Source: Eubacteriales bacterium (GTDB lineage: Bacteria; Bacillota; Clostridia; Oscillospirales; CAG-272). Taken from it: 60,904 bases of DNA. The stretch lies in the NCBI GenBank assembly GCA_045536775.1, contig JAZSOD010000093.1, positions 1-60,904 on the forward strand, given 5' to 3'. Of this stretch, positions 46,358 through 56,142 are shown in pieces; position 1 is the first letter of the stretch, and every line of letters begins with the position of its first letter. The translations under genes and the position numbers were made by a program. The notes beneath the pieces were generated by a model. It worked only from the letters and a program-made list of their open reading frames with translations. It had not been told where the DNA came from and did no database searches.

Positions 46358-47371
46358 TTAGTGTCCGCCCGACCAGACGTTAGGCAAATAGAGCTCCTTG
46401 TAAAGCTCAATGGCGTGGCGGTCGGTCATACAGGCAATATAGTCGCAGACACAGCGCTCGACCGACTCAAATTCTGTGTTTTTATAATAGAATTCAGGCA
46501 TAGCCTCGGGGTTTCTGACGAAGTGTTCAAAGAGTCTGAATATCATTTCACGAGCCTTGCCGTCCTCGGACTTGACCTTGGGATTTCTGTATATCTTTTC
46601 AAAAAGGAAGTCGCGGAGCTTTTCGGTAGCCAACGCAACGTCGGGCTCCATTTTGATCTCCGGCTTGCCCGCGCTTGCCGAGATGATGCTTTTTACCATA
46701 TTATTTATACGCTCACTGTGACCGCGTCCGAGCACGTCGAGTATATCGGACGGAATATCGTCCACGTCGAGCACGCCTGCGCGAATGGAGTCGTCGATGT
46801 CGTGGTTTATGTAAGCAATTCTATCGGCAAACTTGACCACAACGCCCTCAAGGGTCGATGCGATATTGTTGCCCTGATGATTTACTATAGCATCACGGAC
46901 CTCCCACGTCAGATTGAGTCCCGCGCCGTTGTTTTCAAGGAATTCTACTACGCGTAGACTCTGCTTGTAGTGGGTAAAGTCGGGACAAAAGCACTCCTGA
47001 AGCGCGGTTTCTCCCGTGTGACCGAAGGGGGTATGCCCGAGATCGTGACCGAGGCTTGCCGCCTCGCAAAGATCCTCGTTGAGCATAAGGGCACGGCAGA
47101 TAATACGCGCTATCTGCGTTACCTCAAGCGTGTGAGTGAGTCGGGTGCGGTAATGCTCCTCGACGGGTGAGAGAAAAACCTGTGTTTTGTGCATAAGACG
47201 GCGGAAGGATTTGCAGTGGGTGATCTTGTCACGGTCGCGCTGAAACTCGGTACGCACGTCACAGGGGGTGTACGGCTTGTCTCTTCCGCGTGTGTTGGCG
47301 GTCAAGAAAGCATATTTCGACAGAGCTTCCTTTTCTCTTTCAAGCAAGGCGTCACGAATAGTTTTAGCCAC
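46358..47371 (-). CDS. dGTP triphosphohydrolase-like HD-domain protein
   Basis: HD motif RLTHTLEVTQIAR...GHDLGHTPFGH; GTG start at 47371 after AAAGGAG; the longer ORF-track start extends into noncoding sequence. Confidence 0.8.
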   Translation of the reverse strand: MAKTIRDALLEREKEALSKYAFLTANTRGRDKPYTPCDVRTEFQRDRDKITHCKSFRRLMHKTQVFLSPVEEHYRTRLTHTLEVTQIARIICRALMLNEDLCEAASLGHDLGHTPFGHTGETALQECFCPDFTHYKQSLRVVEFLENNGAGLNLTWEVRDAIVNHQGNNIASTLEGVVVKFADRIAYINHDIDDSIRAGVLDVDDIPSDILDVLGRGHSERINNMVKSIISASAGKPEIKMEPDVALATEKLRDFLFEKIYRNPKVKSEDGKAREMIFRLFEHFVRNPEAMPEFYYKNTEFESVERCVCDYIACMTDRHAIELYKELYLPNVWSGGH

Positions 47372-47439
47372 TTCAAATCTCCTTTCAGGAAAAGCCGTAA
47401 CGGGACGAAAATCATCGTTTTTAACTATGTAATATAAAA

Positions 47440-47935
47440 TATACGCATATTTTGTGAAAAACACTTTTTTATTTTTGTGGGGAAGTTTGTATTTGCCAAA
47501 TTTGCACAGACGATGGGGTCTGGGTTTGCACAGATAAACGGGTATGGGTTGAGGTCTCACTTGCCACAAAACTAAATGCGCGTATAAAAGTTTTTGCGCC
47601 ACTTTTTTCAAAAAGTGGCAAAGGTGCGAAGCACCGTATAATAAAGTACATTAAATTTGATGAAGCAAGATTGTGTGTAGAGAGATTATAACCTAATTTT
47701 GTTTGGTGATAAAATGGTATTGGTTGTTCATTTCTGTTTGCACAGAAACGAACCAAAGAAGCACTAAAGGGGAGACTCGATGTCTCCCCTTTAGAATCCC
47801 CTCTCGCAAAAGGGAGGTATCCCTTTTGAAACCCTCGCGAAGCGTTTGTTTTCTCACTATGTGGAGTCCGTGGACGCAAAATCAAGTTCTTGGAGACGCT
47901 GAGATCATCCTAAATTGTAAACTATTTTCTCAATC
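47440..47935. repeat. Intergenic repeat block: R5 + B hairpin + R3
   Basis: 47493-47900 is colinear with 29598-30010; B hairpin at 47598-47619; ggtgc-gaa-gcacc hairpin shared with 29705-29717. Confidence 0.9.
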
Positions 47936-48041
47936 TGTTGAAGAATGAGGATATTTGTGGTATCATTACTCTGTACGTGTGTTCTTTATCCACAACACCC
48001 GAGCATATAATTCTGTAAGAACAAAAAACGGAGTGTGGGAT

Positions 48042-48683
48042 ATGGAAAATTACGATATTTACGAAAATCAGTCGCTTTACCGTACTATGAACCGCTTTCG
48101 CGCCAAAAGAGAGAGCCGTGTCGCCCTCTCGGTGTCGGCAATGCTCGTGTTTCTCGGACTTGCTCTCGGCGTGGTGCTTTACCGCATCTGCGGTGACGAC
48201 ATCAGCCTCGACACTACCTCGATAGTAAGCCGTTACTTCGGCGGAATGTTCACGGATGCGAACGGCTTTGCGGCAAAGGTAAGCGTTATTTTTTACGCTT
48301 TCTTAAACGAGATCATGTTTCCCGCGCTCGTCTTTGTGTGCGGATATACCGTGTTTGCTCCCGTTCTTTCGGCGGCGCTGTGTATGTGGAAGGCGACCCT
48401 TTGCGGCTTTGCTATCTGTATGCTTGAATTTACCTCGGTGAACGGCATTTTCGTCGAGTCGCTCATTTACCTTGTAAGCCAGATCGCCATAATATCGGTG
48501 AGTGTTTCTGTGGCAATGCGTGCCTTCTTCTTTTCGGGCTTTTTCAATTCCGACAAAGTCAGTCTCGCGGATATATTGAAAAAAACCGAGTCGAGAGCAT
48601 ATATATGTGACTTTATTATATCGGCGGGAGTGATATTCACGACCGTCGCAGGAACTCTGATACTTATAAACTTCATTCGTTAG
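48042..48683 (+). CDS. Hypothetical integral membrane protein (SpoIIM-like size and topology, unproven)
   Basis: Start at MENYDIYEN with SD; about 5 TM helices. Confidence 0.5.
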   Translation: MENYDIYENQSLYRTMNRFRAKRESRVALSVSAMLVFLGLALGVVLYRICGDDISLDTTSIVSRYFGGMFTDANGFAAKVSVIFYAFLNEIMFPALVFVCGYTVFAPVLSAALCMWKATLCGFAICMLEFTSVNGIFVESLIYLVSQIAIISVSVSVAMRAFFFSGFFNSDKVSLADILKKTESRAYICDFIISAGVIFTTVAGTLILINFIR

Positions 48684-48701
48684 ATCGGAAAGGACGTCAA
48701 A

Positions 48702-49676
48702 ATGAAAATATTCGGACGTGAGTTCAAGCTGTTCAATTACTCGCTTGACGGAAAGGGTGTAAAAAAAGAGCCCGAGGGACCGAAAAACCTCAAAAACTTT
48801 TTTATAAGTTACTGGCGTAAGTTCGGGCAGCTCGTTACCGTCAACATCTATTACGTTTTCGGTAATTTCCCCGTGCTTTTTGCGATGCTTGCAATAAGCG
48901 GAAACCTGAACGTCAAGCTCTCGGCGCCCACCTCGTCGCTGTACTCGGCTTTGTACGGACTCACCGCAAACGGCGCAGACACGCCGCTTTTAGCGGCGCT
49001 TAACGGAATTCACGGAGTTTCGGGTGAGCTGTCGATACCGACAGTCGCAACTAACGTGTTCTGGTGGCTCTCGCTTCTGGTGCTCGTGACCTTTGGACTC
49101 GTGAACGTCGGCTGTACCTATATTCTTCGCAATATGGTAAAGGGCGAGCCGATATTTATGTGGACAGACTTCTGGTACGCGATAAAAAGAAACTGGCGGC
49201 AGGGAATAATACTCGGCGTGCTCGACCTCGTGTTTACGGGCGTTATCGCATACGATATCGTCTTCTTTAACCTTAACACAAGCAACTTTATGCTTGGAGT
49301 GTTCTTCTGGTTCTCGATAGCGCTTGCGGTGATATATTTCTTTATGCGCTTCTATATGTATATCGTGATGGTAACCTTCGACCTCTCGATATTCAAGATA
49401 CTCAAAAACGCACTTATCTTCTCGCTTCTCGGAATAAAGAGAAACGTGATGGCGCTTCTCGGAATAGCGCTTTCGCTGTTCATAACCTGGTGTATGCTAA
49501 ACCTTTTCGTACCGCTTGGAATAATAATTCCGTTCGTGGCGCTGTTCGGCACCTGCTCGTATATGGGCGCGTACGCGGCGTTCCCGAAGATAAAGCAGTA
49601 TATGATAGACCCATACTACGTTGAGGAAGAGGACGAGGGCGAATATGAGGAGCCCATCTTCAAGGACAGAGGATAA
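48702..49676 (+). CDS. Integral membrane protein, possibly DUF624/YesL family
   Basis: Multiple TM helices; acidic C-terminal tail EEEDEGEYEEP. Confidence 0.45.
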   Translation: MKIFGREFKLFNYSLDGKGVKKEPEGPKNLKNFFISYWRKFGQLVTVNIYYVFGNFPVLFAMLAISGNLNVKLSAPTSSLYSALYGLTANGADTPLLAALNGIHGVSGELSIPTVATNVFWWLSLLVLVTFGLVNVGCTYILRNMVKGEPIFMWTDFWYAIKRNWRQGIILGVLDLVFTGVIAYDIVFFNLNTSNFMLGVFFWFSIALAVIYFFMRFYMYIVMVTFDLSIFKILKNALIFSLLGIKRNVMALLGIALSLFITWCMLNLFVPLGIIIPFVALFGTCSYMGAYAAFPKIKQYMIDPYYVEEEDEGEYEEPIFKDRG

Positions 49677-49690
49677 TTCATATAAAAAAC

Positions 49691-49718
49691 AAAATCGGCA
49701 GAGAAATCTGCCGATTTT
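49691..49718 (+). terminator. Terminator hairpin (also the left flank of the Y1 transposase relic)
   Basis: 12-bp stem aaaatcggcaga/tctgccgatttt with a GAAA loop. Confidence 0.7.
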
Positions 49719-49719
49719 G

Positions 49720-49728
49720 TGGTATAAT
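49720..49728 (+). promoter_or_regulatory. Extended -10 element TGgTATAAT
   Basis: tggtataat immediately 5' of the transposase-like ORF. Confidence 0.4.
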
Positions 49729-49730
49729 GG

Positions 49731-50078
49731 GTGCGGGTGATGATAATGGAAGAATTAAAAAAGAGTAGAAAATCGCCAAGATTGCGCGAATTTAATTATA
49801 ATAGTGTGGGTGCGTATTTTGTAACGATCTGTACGCAAAACAGGCGATGTATTTTATCTCGCATTGTAGGGACAGGCGCAATTAAAGCTAACAGTACTTT
49901 TTCCAAATTTATATCGACGTTTAAGCGGTTTTGCAACAAAGAGTACGGGGAGAATATTTGGCAATCCCGTTCTAACGATCACGTTATTCGAAATCGCGAA
50001 GATTACGAAAAACATATAAAATACATTCACGAAAATCCAACGCGTTGGTATTATGATGAATTGTATTCGGAAGATTAA
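49731..50078 (+). pseudogene. RayT/IS200-like Y1 transposase relic with internal deletion (no HUH motif)
   Basis: N-terminal block EFNYNSVGAYFVTICTQNRRC and C-terminal block IWQSRSNDHVIRNREDYEKHIKYIHENPTRW match the COG1943-type family, but the central segment carrying the hydrophobic HxH motif is absent (115 aa). Confidence 0.7.
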
Positions 50079-50100
50079 GGTATTGCTTTTCTCAACAAAT

Positions 50101-50131
50101 AAACCACCGACAGAATTTCTGTCGGTGGTTT
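50101..50131. terminator. Bidirectional terminator hairpin (right flank of the Y1 relic)
   Basis: 14-bp stem aaaccaccgacaga/tctgtcggtggttt between convergent genes. Confidence 0.75.
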
Positions 50132-50134
50132 TCT

Positions 50135-51439
50135 TCATCGTCTTCTGTTTCTTCTGCGGCGGCGTGCAAACGCGACGTAGCTGAGCATCAGATACGCCGT
50201 AAACACCACGGCGAATATTATCAGAGTTATTTTTACCTGACGGCTTTTGAGGAGATTTTTAAGATAGTCGAGCGCGCGCAAAAGTGAGCTTGCACGCACG
50301 TTGTTTTTTGTGATAAGCTGTACGGTCGCGATGACCTCGTCCTTATAGATAACGTCTATCTCGCCCGCGCGCTGACCCTCGTATATTGGCGCGGTCATAG
50401 TGTCGCGGTCGAGCTTCATTTCGTACGATATCTCTGACCGGGCGTCGGTGTCAAGGGGGAGAAAATAGTCGACCTTGTTTTCAGGCGACGCGATAACGTA
50501 ATCCACGTTTTTTGCGAGTGAAACGGGTATTTCCTTTACTATCGAATCGGGATCAAGCACGGTTACGTAGCCGAAGCTTCCGCTTGCCCACTTGATAAGC
50601 TCGCTTGCGGCGTAAAACGCGACGTTGTCGCCGTTATCGTCTCTGCCGCCGCCCATTACCGTGATTATGTAAGTAAGTCCGCCATTTTCGGCAGCGGTGA
50701 CCACGCAATGACCGCCGAGCTGAGTGTAGCCCGAGTTAAGGCCGATCGCGTTTTTATCGTAGTATTTTCTTTCGATATGGGTCGAGAGCAGGTAGTTTCT
50801 GTTGTGGACCACCCTCTGTCCCGACTTGTTTGTAGCGGGCATAACGTAGCGCGTGATTCCAGCGTACTTAGCGTACTCGGGGAGCTTATAGGCGTACGCC
50901 GCGATGAGCGACGTGTCGCGCGCGGTGGTGCGCATACCCTCGCTGTCGATACCGCTGACGTTCTCGTAAACCGTTGAATTCGCGCCAATTTCCTTGGCTT
51001 TTGCATTCATAAGCTCCAGAAAAGCCTCGATTGAGCCGCTTATCTCAAACGCAAACACGTTTGCGGCATCGTTCGCGCCGCCCGCGATGAGCGCGGTGAG
51101 AAGCTCGTCTACCGAAACCTCCTCGCCCGCTTCAAGACCTATGTTATTGCCCTCGGTGGCGTCGATGGCTTCTTTGCTCACCGTGAGCACGGTGTCAAAT
51201 CTGCCGTCGAAATGCTCATACGCGAGGATCGCGGTCATAATTTTAACGGCTGACGCAGGAGCGATGGGCTCGTCCGCGTTTTTCTCAAAAACCGTAAGAC
51301 CGCTGTCAACGCTTAGAATATGGGCGTATTTTGTCAGCGTGAGATTTGGCGAGTCGGGCTCATCGAGCGCCAACGTATTTGTTAACAGAACGGCGGCGAG
51401 AAGTATCGCCGCCGCAAAAATCACGAAAAATTTCTTCAT
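50135..51439 (-). CDS. D-alanyl-D-alanine carboxypeptidase (serine-type, PBP5 family)
   Basis: Start at MKKFFVIFAAAILLAAV signal; SxxK motif ASAVKIMT; C-terminal TM anchor and basic tail. Confidence 0.8.
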   Translation of the reverse strand: MKKFFVIFAAAILLAAVLLTNTLALDEPDSPNLTLTKYAHILSVDSGLTVFEKNADEPIAPASAVKIMTAILAYEHFDGRFDTVLTVSKEAIDATEGNNIGLEAGEEVSVDELLTALIAGGANDAANVFAFEISGSIEAFLELMNAKAKEIGANSTVYENVSGIDSEGMRTTARDTSLIAAYAYKLPEYAKYAGITRYVMPATNKSGQRVVHNRNYLLSTHIERKYYDKNAIGLNSGYTQLGGHCVVTAAENGGLTYIITVMGGGRDDNGDNVAFYAASELIKWASGSFGYVTVLDPDSIVKEIPVSLAKNVDYVIASPENKVDYFLPLDTDARSEISYEMKLDRDTMTAPIYEGQRAGEIDVIYKDEVIATVQLITKNNVRASSLLRALDYLKNLLKSRQVKITLIIFAVVFTAYLMLSYVAFARRRRRNRRR

Positions 51440-51440
51440 T

Positions 51441-52355
51441 TCAGACTCCGAAATAATTGTTGACCGCCTCGGTATCGAGCCGAATCTGCTCACGCAGAAG
51501 CTCGGCTGAATCAAAGCGCTTTTCGTCACGAAGCTTTTTGTAAAAGGAAACCTTTACGCACCTTCCGTACAGATCTCCCGAATATCCTATTATATGTGTT
51601 TCGCAGTTCACTCTGCCGCCGTCATCAAACGTCGGTCTGACCCCTACGTTTGCAACGCCTCTGTAATCCGCACCGTCAATATTCACAAGACACGCGTAAA
51701 CTCCGTGCGACGGTACGAGGTGAAGCGGCGGAAAGCTCTGGTTGATGGTAGGAACGCCGAGTAAGCGACCAAGCTCCTTGCCGTGTTCCACGGGCAGAGA
51801 GATAAAAAACGGACGTCCGAGCAACACGGCGGCGTATTCCATATCACCGCGCTCTACTGCCTCGCGTACGCGGGTCGAGCTTACGGGCAAATTATCCGCA
51901 TTAACAGGCGGAATTATGACCGCGTGCCCGTCCATAAGCGCGAGAAGCTCGTCTGCCGTGCCCGCACCGTTTTTGCCGAAGTGAAAATTAAAGCCGCACA
52001 CCGCGCACACGGCGCCAAGCCTTTTTACAAGCACTTCGCGCACAAATTCGCTCGGAGACATGGCTCGCACCCTCTCAAAATCGGCAACGAACACTCTCTT
52101 TATACCAGCACTCTCGAAAAGCTCAAGCTTTTCGTCGCCCTGCGTAATGAGTCTGGGACTGCCGCCGTCAAGCGACTCGCGCGAGTGCTTGCTGAAGGTG
52201 AAAACGGCGGGTGTTGCGCCGAGCTTTTCGGCTTGACTCACCGTTTTTTCAAGCAAAACGGTATGAGCGACGTGAACGCCGTCAAAATTTCCGAGCGCAA
52301 CTATGTGGCTCTCGCCCAAGGGGAGAGAATAGGCGTCAAGACTGCAAATATCCAT
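51441..52355 (-). CDS. ribF: Bifunctional riboflavin kinase / FMN adenylyltransferase
   Basis: GNFDGVHVAH nucleotidyltransferase motif and C-terminal riboflavin kinase domain. Confidence 0.9.
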   Translation of the reverse strand: MDICSLDAYSLPLGESHIVALGNFDGVHVAHTVLLEKTVSQAEKLGATPAVFTFSKHSRESLDGGSPRLITQGDEKLELFESAGIKRVFVADFERVRAMSPSEFVREVLVKRLGAVCAVCGFNFHFGKNGAGTADELLALMDGHAVIIPPVNADNLPVSSTRVREAVERGDMEYAAVLLGRPFFISLPVEHGKELGRLLGVPTINQSFPPLHLVPSHGVYACLVNIDGADYRGVANVGVRPTFDDGGRVNCETHIIGYSGDLYGRCVKVSFYKKLRDEKRFDSAELLREQIRLDTEAVNNYFGV

Positions 52356-52366
52356 AAAAAATACAA

Positions 52367-52621
52367 TTACTTGGAAAGACCGAGATAATTCTTAAGCATA
52401 AGGTTAAGAAGATCGTCGCGGTCTATGCGGCGGATAAGGCTGCGCGCATTCTTGTGGTTTGTGATGTAGGTAGGGTCCTCGGAGAGAATGTAGCCGACTA
52501 TCTGGTTAATGGGGTTGTAGCCCTTTTCGCTCAGAGCCGAATATACCTCAAGAAGAATATCCTTTATTTCATTCTCACGGTCATCGTGGAGCTTAAAGGT
52601 TATTGTATCGCTGGATTGCAT
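52367..52621 (-). CDS. IreB/UPF0297 family regulatory phosphoprotein
   Basis: 84 aa with [39 protein letters not shown], typical of UPF0297. Confidence 0.8.
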   Translation of the reverse strand: MQSSDTITFKLHDDRENEIKDILLEVYSALSEKGYNPINQIVGYILSEDPTYITNHKNARSLIRRIDRDDLLNLMLKNYLGLSK

Positions 52622-52738
52622 AATATACCCGTCCTTTCTCGGTAGAATACATTTATACTGATATCATCTTACAACAAATAAAGCTTTTTTTCAATGACAG
52701 GAGCGATTTTGTAATCCAAATGTAAGAAAAAGAAGCTT

Positions 52739-54754
52739 TCACTTCTTTTTCTTGGGCTTTGCCCAGCCCTTGCCGTAGCGCACGGACTGCTTTGCGGCTT
52801 TGCCGACACCCGACCCCGCGCTCTTTTCGCGCGACCACGTGCCGCCATCACCGCGTTTGCCCGACACACCTGTCTTCGCGCCTCTTGCACCCGACCTTAC
52901 GCCTGCCTTTGCGGACTTTTTTGCCGCGCCCGTGCTCGTGCTTCTCTCGGGCTTTACAAGACATTCGCTCGAGTATCCGATAAGGTCCTCGCGCCCGCAT
53001 TTTATAAGCGCACGGCGCACGAGATCGGCGTTTTCGGGCTTTGCGTACTGCAAAAGCGCCCTCTGCATACGCTTTTCCTCGAAATCCGAGGCGACGTATA
53101 CCTTTTTGTTCGTGATTGGGTCGATGCCTGTGTAGAACATGACCGTCGAGGCGGTGCCTGGGGTGGGGTAGAAGTCCTGCACCTGCTCGGGCTTCATACC
53201 GATACTCTTGAGGTAAAGCGCGAGTGATACCGCGTCTTCAAGTCTGCTGCCGGGGTGGCTTGACATAAGGTAGGGGACGAGATACTGCTCAAGATCAAAG
53301 CTCTTGGTGAGCTCGAAAAACCTCTTGCGGAAGCGCTCGTAGACCTCTATCGCAGGCTTGCCCATGTGGGTCAGCACCGCGTTCGAGCAATGCTCGGGCG
53401 CGACCTTCAGCTGACCGCTGACGTGGTGCGATACAAGTCTTTTGAAAAACGCCTCGTTTTTGTCGTACATAACGTAATCGAACCTGATTCCCGAACGGAT
53501 AAACACCTTTTTGACCTTGGGGAGAGCCTCTACCGCTTCGAGCAAACGAACGTATTCGCTGTGATCCACCTCGAGATTCTTGCACGGAGTCGGCGCAAGA
53601 CACTTTCTGCCCGAGCAAACGCCGTCGGTTAACTGCTTTTTGCAGGACGGATAGCGGAAGTTTGCCGTGGGGCCGCCGATATCGTGGATGTAGCCCTTGA
53701 AGTCGGGCATTTTTGTGATAAGCTCAGCTTCTCTGACCACCGATTCAATGCTTCTGGAGCGCACGGTTCTGCCCTGATGGTAGGCTAGCGCACAGAAGTT
53801 ACAACCGCCGAAGCAACCGCGGGTGTGGGTGACCGAGAATTTAACCTCGTCGATGCCCGGAACTCCGCCGAATTTATCGTACGAGGGGTGGGTGCGTCTG
53901 GTGTAGGGGAGCGCGTACACGCGGTCGAGCTCCTCGCGCTCAAGCGGCGGCATAGGTGGATTTGCGACGAGCTGTTTGTCGTCGTAGTATTCCACCACCG
54001 CCTTGCCCGAAACGGGGTCGGTGTTCCTGTACTGTACTCCGAACGCCCTCGCGTACTCGGCTTTCGACTCTTTGAGAATATTGTAGTCGAACTCTCCCGC
54101 GACCTCAAAGCTTATTTTGTCTCCGCGCGAAGCGAGATATACCGAGCCGCGAACGTCGCGGATCTTTTTTATCGGTACACCCTTGTCAAGAAGGGTGGCT
54201 ATTCTGAGTATAATGTTTTCTCCCATACCGTAGGTGAGAATGTCGGCGCGCGAGTCGACTAAAATACTGCGGCGGACCTTGTTGTCCCAGTAATCGTAAT
54301 GCGCGTGACGTCTGAGAGACGCCTCGAGACCGCCGATGATTATGGGCGTGTCGCCAAACGCCTCTCTGATACGGTTGCAGTAGACGATGACTGCGCGGTC
54401 GGGGCGTTTGCCCATAACTCCGCCGGGCGAGTAGTAATCGTAAGAGCGTTTTTTCTTGGAAACGGTGTAGTGGGTGACCATAGAGTCGATGTTGCCCGCG
54501 CTGACGAGGAATCCGAGACGGGGTCTCGGGTATTCCTTGAACGCGTCGGCGCTCTTGTAGTCGGGCTGTGAGAGTATGGCGACTCTGAAGCCTGCGTTCT
54601 CAAGAACTCTCGATATTATAGCCGTGCCGAAGCTCGGGTGGTCGACGTATGCGTCACCCGTTACGTAGACAAAGTCGGGTCTGTCCCAGCCAAGCTCGTC
54701 CATATCCGCGCGGCAAAGCGGTAAAAATCCCTCTTGAATTGGAGTTGGTTTCAT
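52739..54754 (-). CDS. ygiQ: YgiQ family radical SAM protein
   Basis: CxxxCxxC motif GCFGGCNFCA, UPF0313 N-terminal domain, long basic G/K/A-rich C-terminal tail. Confidence 0.85.
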   Translation of the reverse strand: MKPTPIQEGFLPLCRADMDELGWDRPDFVYVTGDAYVDHPSFGTAIISRVLENAGFRVAILSQPDYKSADAFKEYPRPRLGFLVSAGNIDSMVTHYTVSKKKRSYDYYSPGGVMGKRPDRAVIVYCNRIREAFGDTPIIIGGLEASLRRHAHYDYWDNKVRRSILVDSRADILTYGMGENIILRIATLLDKGVPIKKIRDVRGSVYLASRGDKISFEVAGEFDYNILKESKAEYARAFGVQYRNTDPVSGKAVVEYYDDKQLVANPPMPPLEREELDRVYALPYTRRTHPSYDKFGGVPGIDEVKFSVTHTRGCFGGCNFCALAYHQGRTVRSRSIESVVREAELITKMPDFKGYIHDIGGPTANFRYPSCKKQLTDGVCSGRKCLAPTPCKNLEVDHSEYVRLLEAVEALPKVKKVFIRSGIRFDYVMYDKNEAFFKRLVSHHVSGQLKVAPEHCSNAVLTHMGKPAIEVYERFRKRFFELTKSFDLEQYLVPYLMSSHPGSRLEDAVSLALYLKSIGMKPEQVQDFYPTPGTASTVMFYTGIDPITNKKVYVASDFEEKRMQRALLQYAKPENADLVRRALIKCGREDLIGYSSECLVKPERSTSTGAAKKSAKAGVRSGARGAKTGVSGKRGDGGTWSREKSAGSGVGKAAKQSVRYGKGWAKPKKKK

Positions 54755-54859
54755 TTATAAGGCTTGTCCTTTCGGAGAATCTTCATTTAATATATACATT
54801 ATAGCACAAGTTTTGCTAAATGAAAATAGGTTAGTAAGAAAAGTTGTTTTTGCTTAGAG

Positions 54860-55300
54860 GGGGAGTGTGACCTAATTTTGTTTTGCGGAAATTTGCGTTG
54901 GTTTTGTTCATTTCTGTACGGACAGAAACGAACCAAAGAGGCATTTAAGAGAGAGGCGCGATGCCTCTCTCTTAAAAATCTCTCTCCTCGCCAAAGGGAT
55001 TCTCCCTTTGGAAACCCTGCGACACGCTTCTTTACACGTAAAATAGAGTTTGAGAGCGCAAATTTAAGCCCTATGCTTCCTCAAAGCATAAATTTGAAAC
55101 ACAAATTTCAAATTTTATAAAACTTAGCGTTTCGGGGATTCCAAAGGGGTTTACCCCTTTGTGCCGTTTTGCGGAGGGGAGTCCGAGGGGAACCCAATCG
55201 GAAGGGTTCCTCCTCGGCGGTTCTTTGGTTCATTTCTGTCCGTACAGAAATGAACAAAACCAACGCAAATTTCCGCAAAACCAAATCAGGTCCACAACTC
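54860..55300. repeat. Two R3 copies in inverted orientation (about 420-nt imperfect palindrome)
   Basis: Arm 54871-54939 versus the reverse complement of 55219-55290 differs at about 3 positions; the inner parts are also inverted R3 sequence but more divergent. Confidence 0.9.
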
Positions 55301-55318
55301 CTTCGAGACAAAAACTAC

Positions 55319-55789
55319 TCACTTCCCGAAAGCTTCAAAAAGTCTTTCTCCTATCTCCGCATACTCTCCCTGACAGTTTACAAACACCACCAGATGTCCG
55401 CTTACAAAAATTTCCGACTCAATACCTGCCGAATACTTGAGAGTCCTCGCCCGACGCTCACACATTTTTACTATTGACGGAGTGTCCGTGGCGTTGACGG
55501 CGTAGAAAACGGCGGCGTCGCCGCCCGCATAGCGCTCGGAATACCACACCTGCATATATTCGACAAGTGAAAACTCGTCGGGCTCCTTGCCGCCGCGCCC
55601 GTAAAGAGCTGTCAGCTCGCGCGGCACGGAAGCACCCGAAAACGGCTCAAACGTCACGAGCTTTCCGCCAAAGCCCTCCACCGCACCCGAAAACTCAGCG
55701 TCAATATCCGCAAATCTTACCTCCCCGCACGAAGAAAAAATAACAACGCAGGCAAATAGAAGTCCGCACCACCGTAAAAGCAAGCTCAA
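55319..55789 (-). CDS. Hypothetical lipoprotein
   Basis: Lipobox-like FACVVIFSSCGE; 156 aa. Confidence 0.5.
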   Translation of the reverse strand: MSLLLRWCGLLFACVVIFSSCGEVRFADIDAEFSGAVEGFGGKLVTFEPFSGASVPRELTALYGRGGKEPDEFSLVEYMQVWYSERYAGGDAAVFYAVNATDTPSIVKMCERRARTLKYSAGIESEIFVSGHLVVFVNCQGEYAEIGERLFEAFGK

Positions 55790-55899
55790 AAAACCACTCC
55801 GTTCTCGGCAAAAATCTTCATTATAATATATATTACACGCGCGCGTGCAAAATGATAAAGAACAAAAATTACAAAAAGATTACAAAACCCCGCAGGGTA

Positions 55900-55928
55900 T
55901 TGCAAATAAAAACCAAAAGAGGTAGAAT
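55900..55928 (+). promoter_or_regulatory. Sigma-70-type promoter (TTGCAA-17-TAGAAT) with a long leader to the S-layer gene
   Basis: -35 at 55900-55905 and -10 at 55923-55928; about 215 nt upstream of the ATG at 56143. Confidence 0.5.
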
Positions 55929-56142
55929 GTACTCAAGATCTTACGAGAGTATGAATTTGCTCCCCGTACGAATTGCCGTAAATAAGCATCGTAGTTACTA
56001 AACGGTGTTTAATATTACAGTAATCTTACAAATACGGAAAATATATTGCAAATATCCATATCTTGACGTAAGATATACACAGGTAATTAGCGGAAAAACC
56101 GCGAAGTTAACCTCAAAAACTATTTTTTAAGGAGAAAGAACT

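Noticed and set aside
51440-51529. ORF-track N-terminal extensions of the carboxypeptidase (to 51529), SBP (24732), Maf (32788), membrane protein (47955), MnmA (59358) and capsid (18167)
   Set aside because: The internal starts have Shine-Dalgarno sequences and begin at signal peptides or conserved N-termini. The extensions overlap upstream genes or promoters.
52653-52983. Several Arg/Ala-rich ORFs (52653-52838, 52669-52890, 52759-52983, 52800-53135) over the 3' end of ygiQ
   Set aside because: They are frame and antisense artefacts of the GC-rich region encoding the basic G/K/A-rich YgiQ tail.
55790-56142. Possible riboswitch or ncRNA in the long leader of the S-layer gene
   Set aside because: I could not recognise any known riboswitch core or strong conserved structure. 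Long leaders are usual for S-layer genes, so it is recorded only as a promoter feature.
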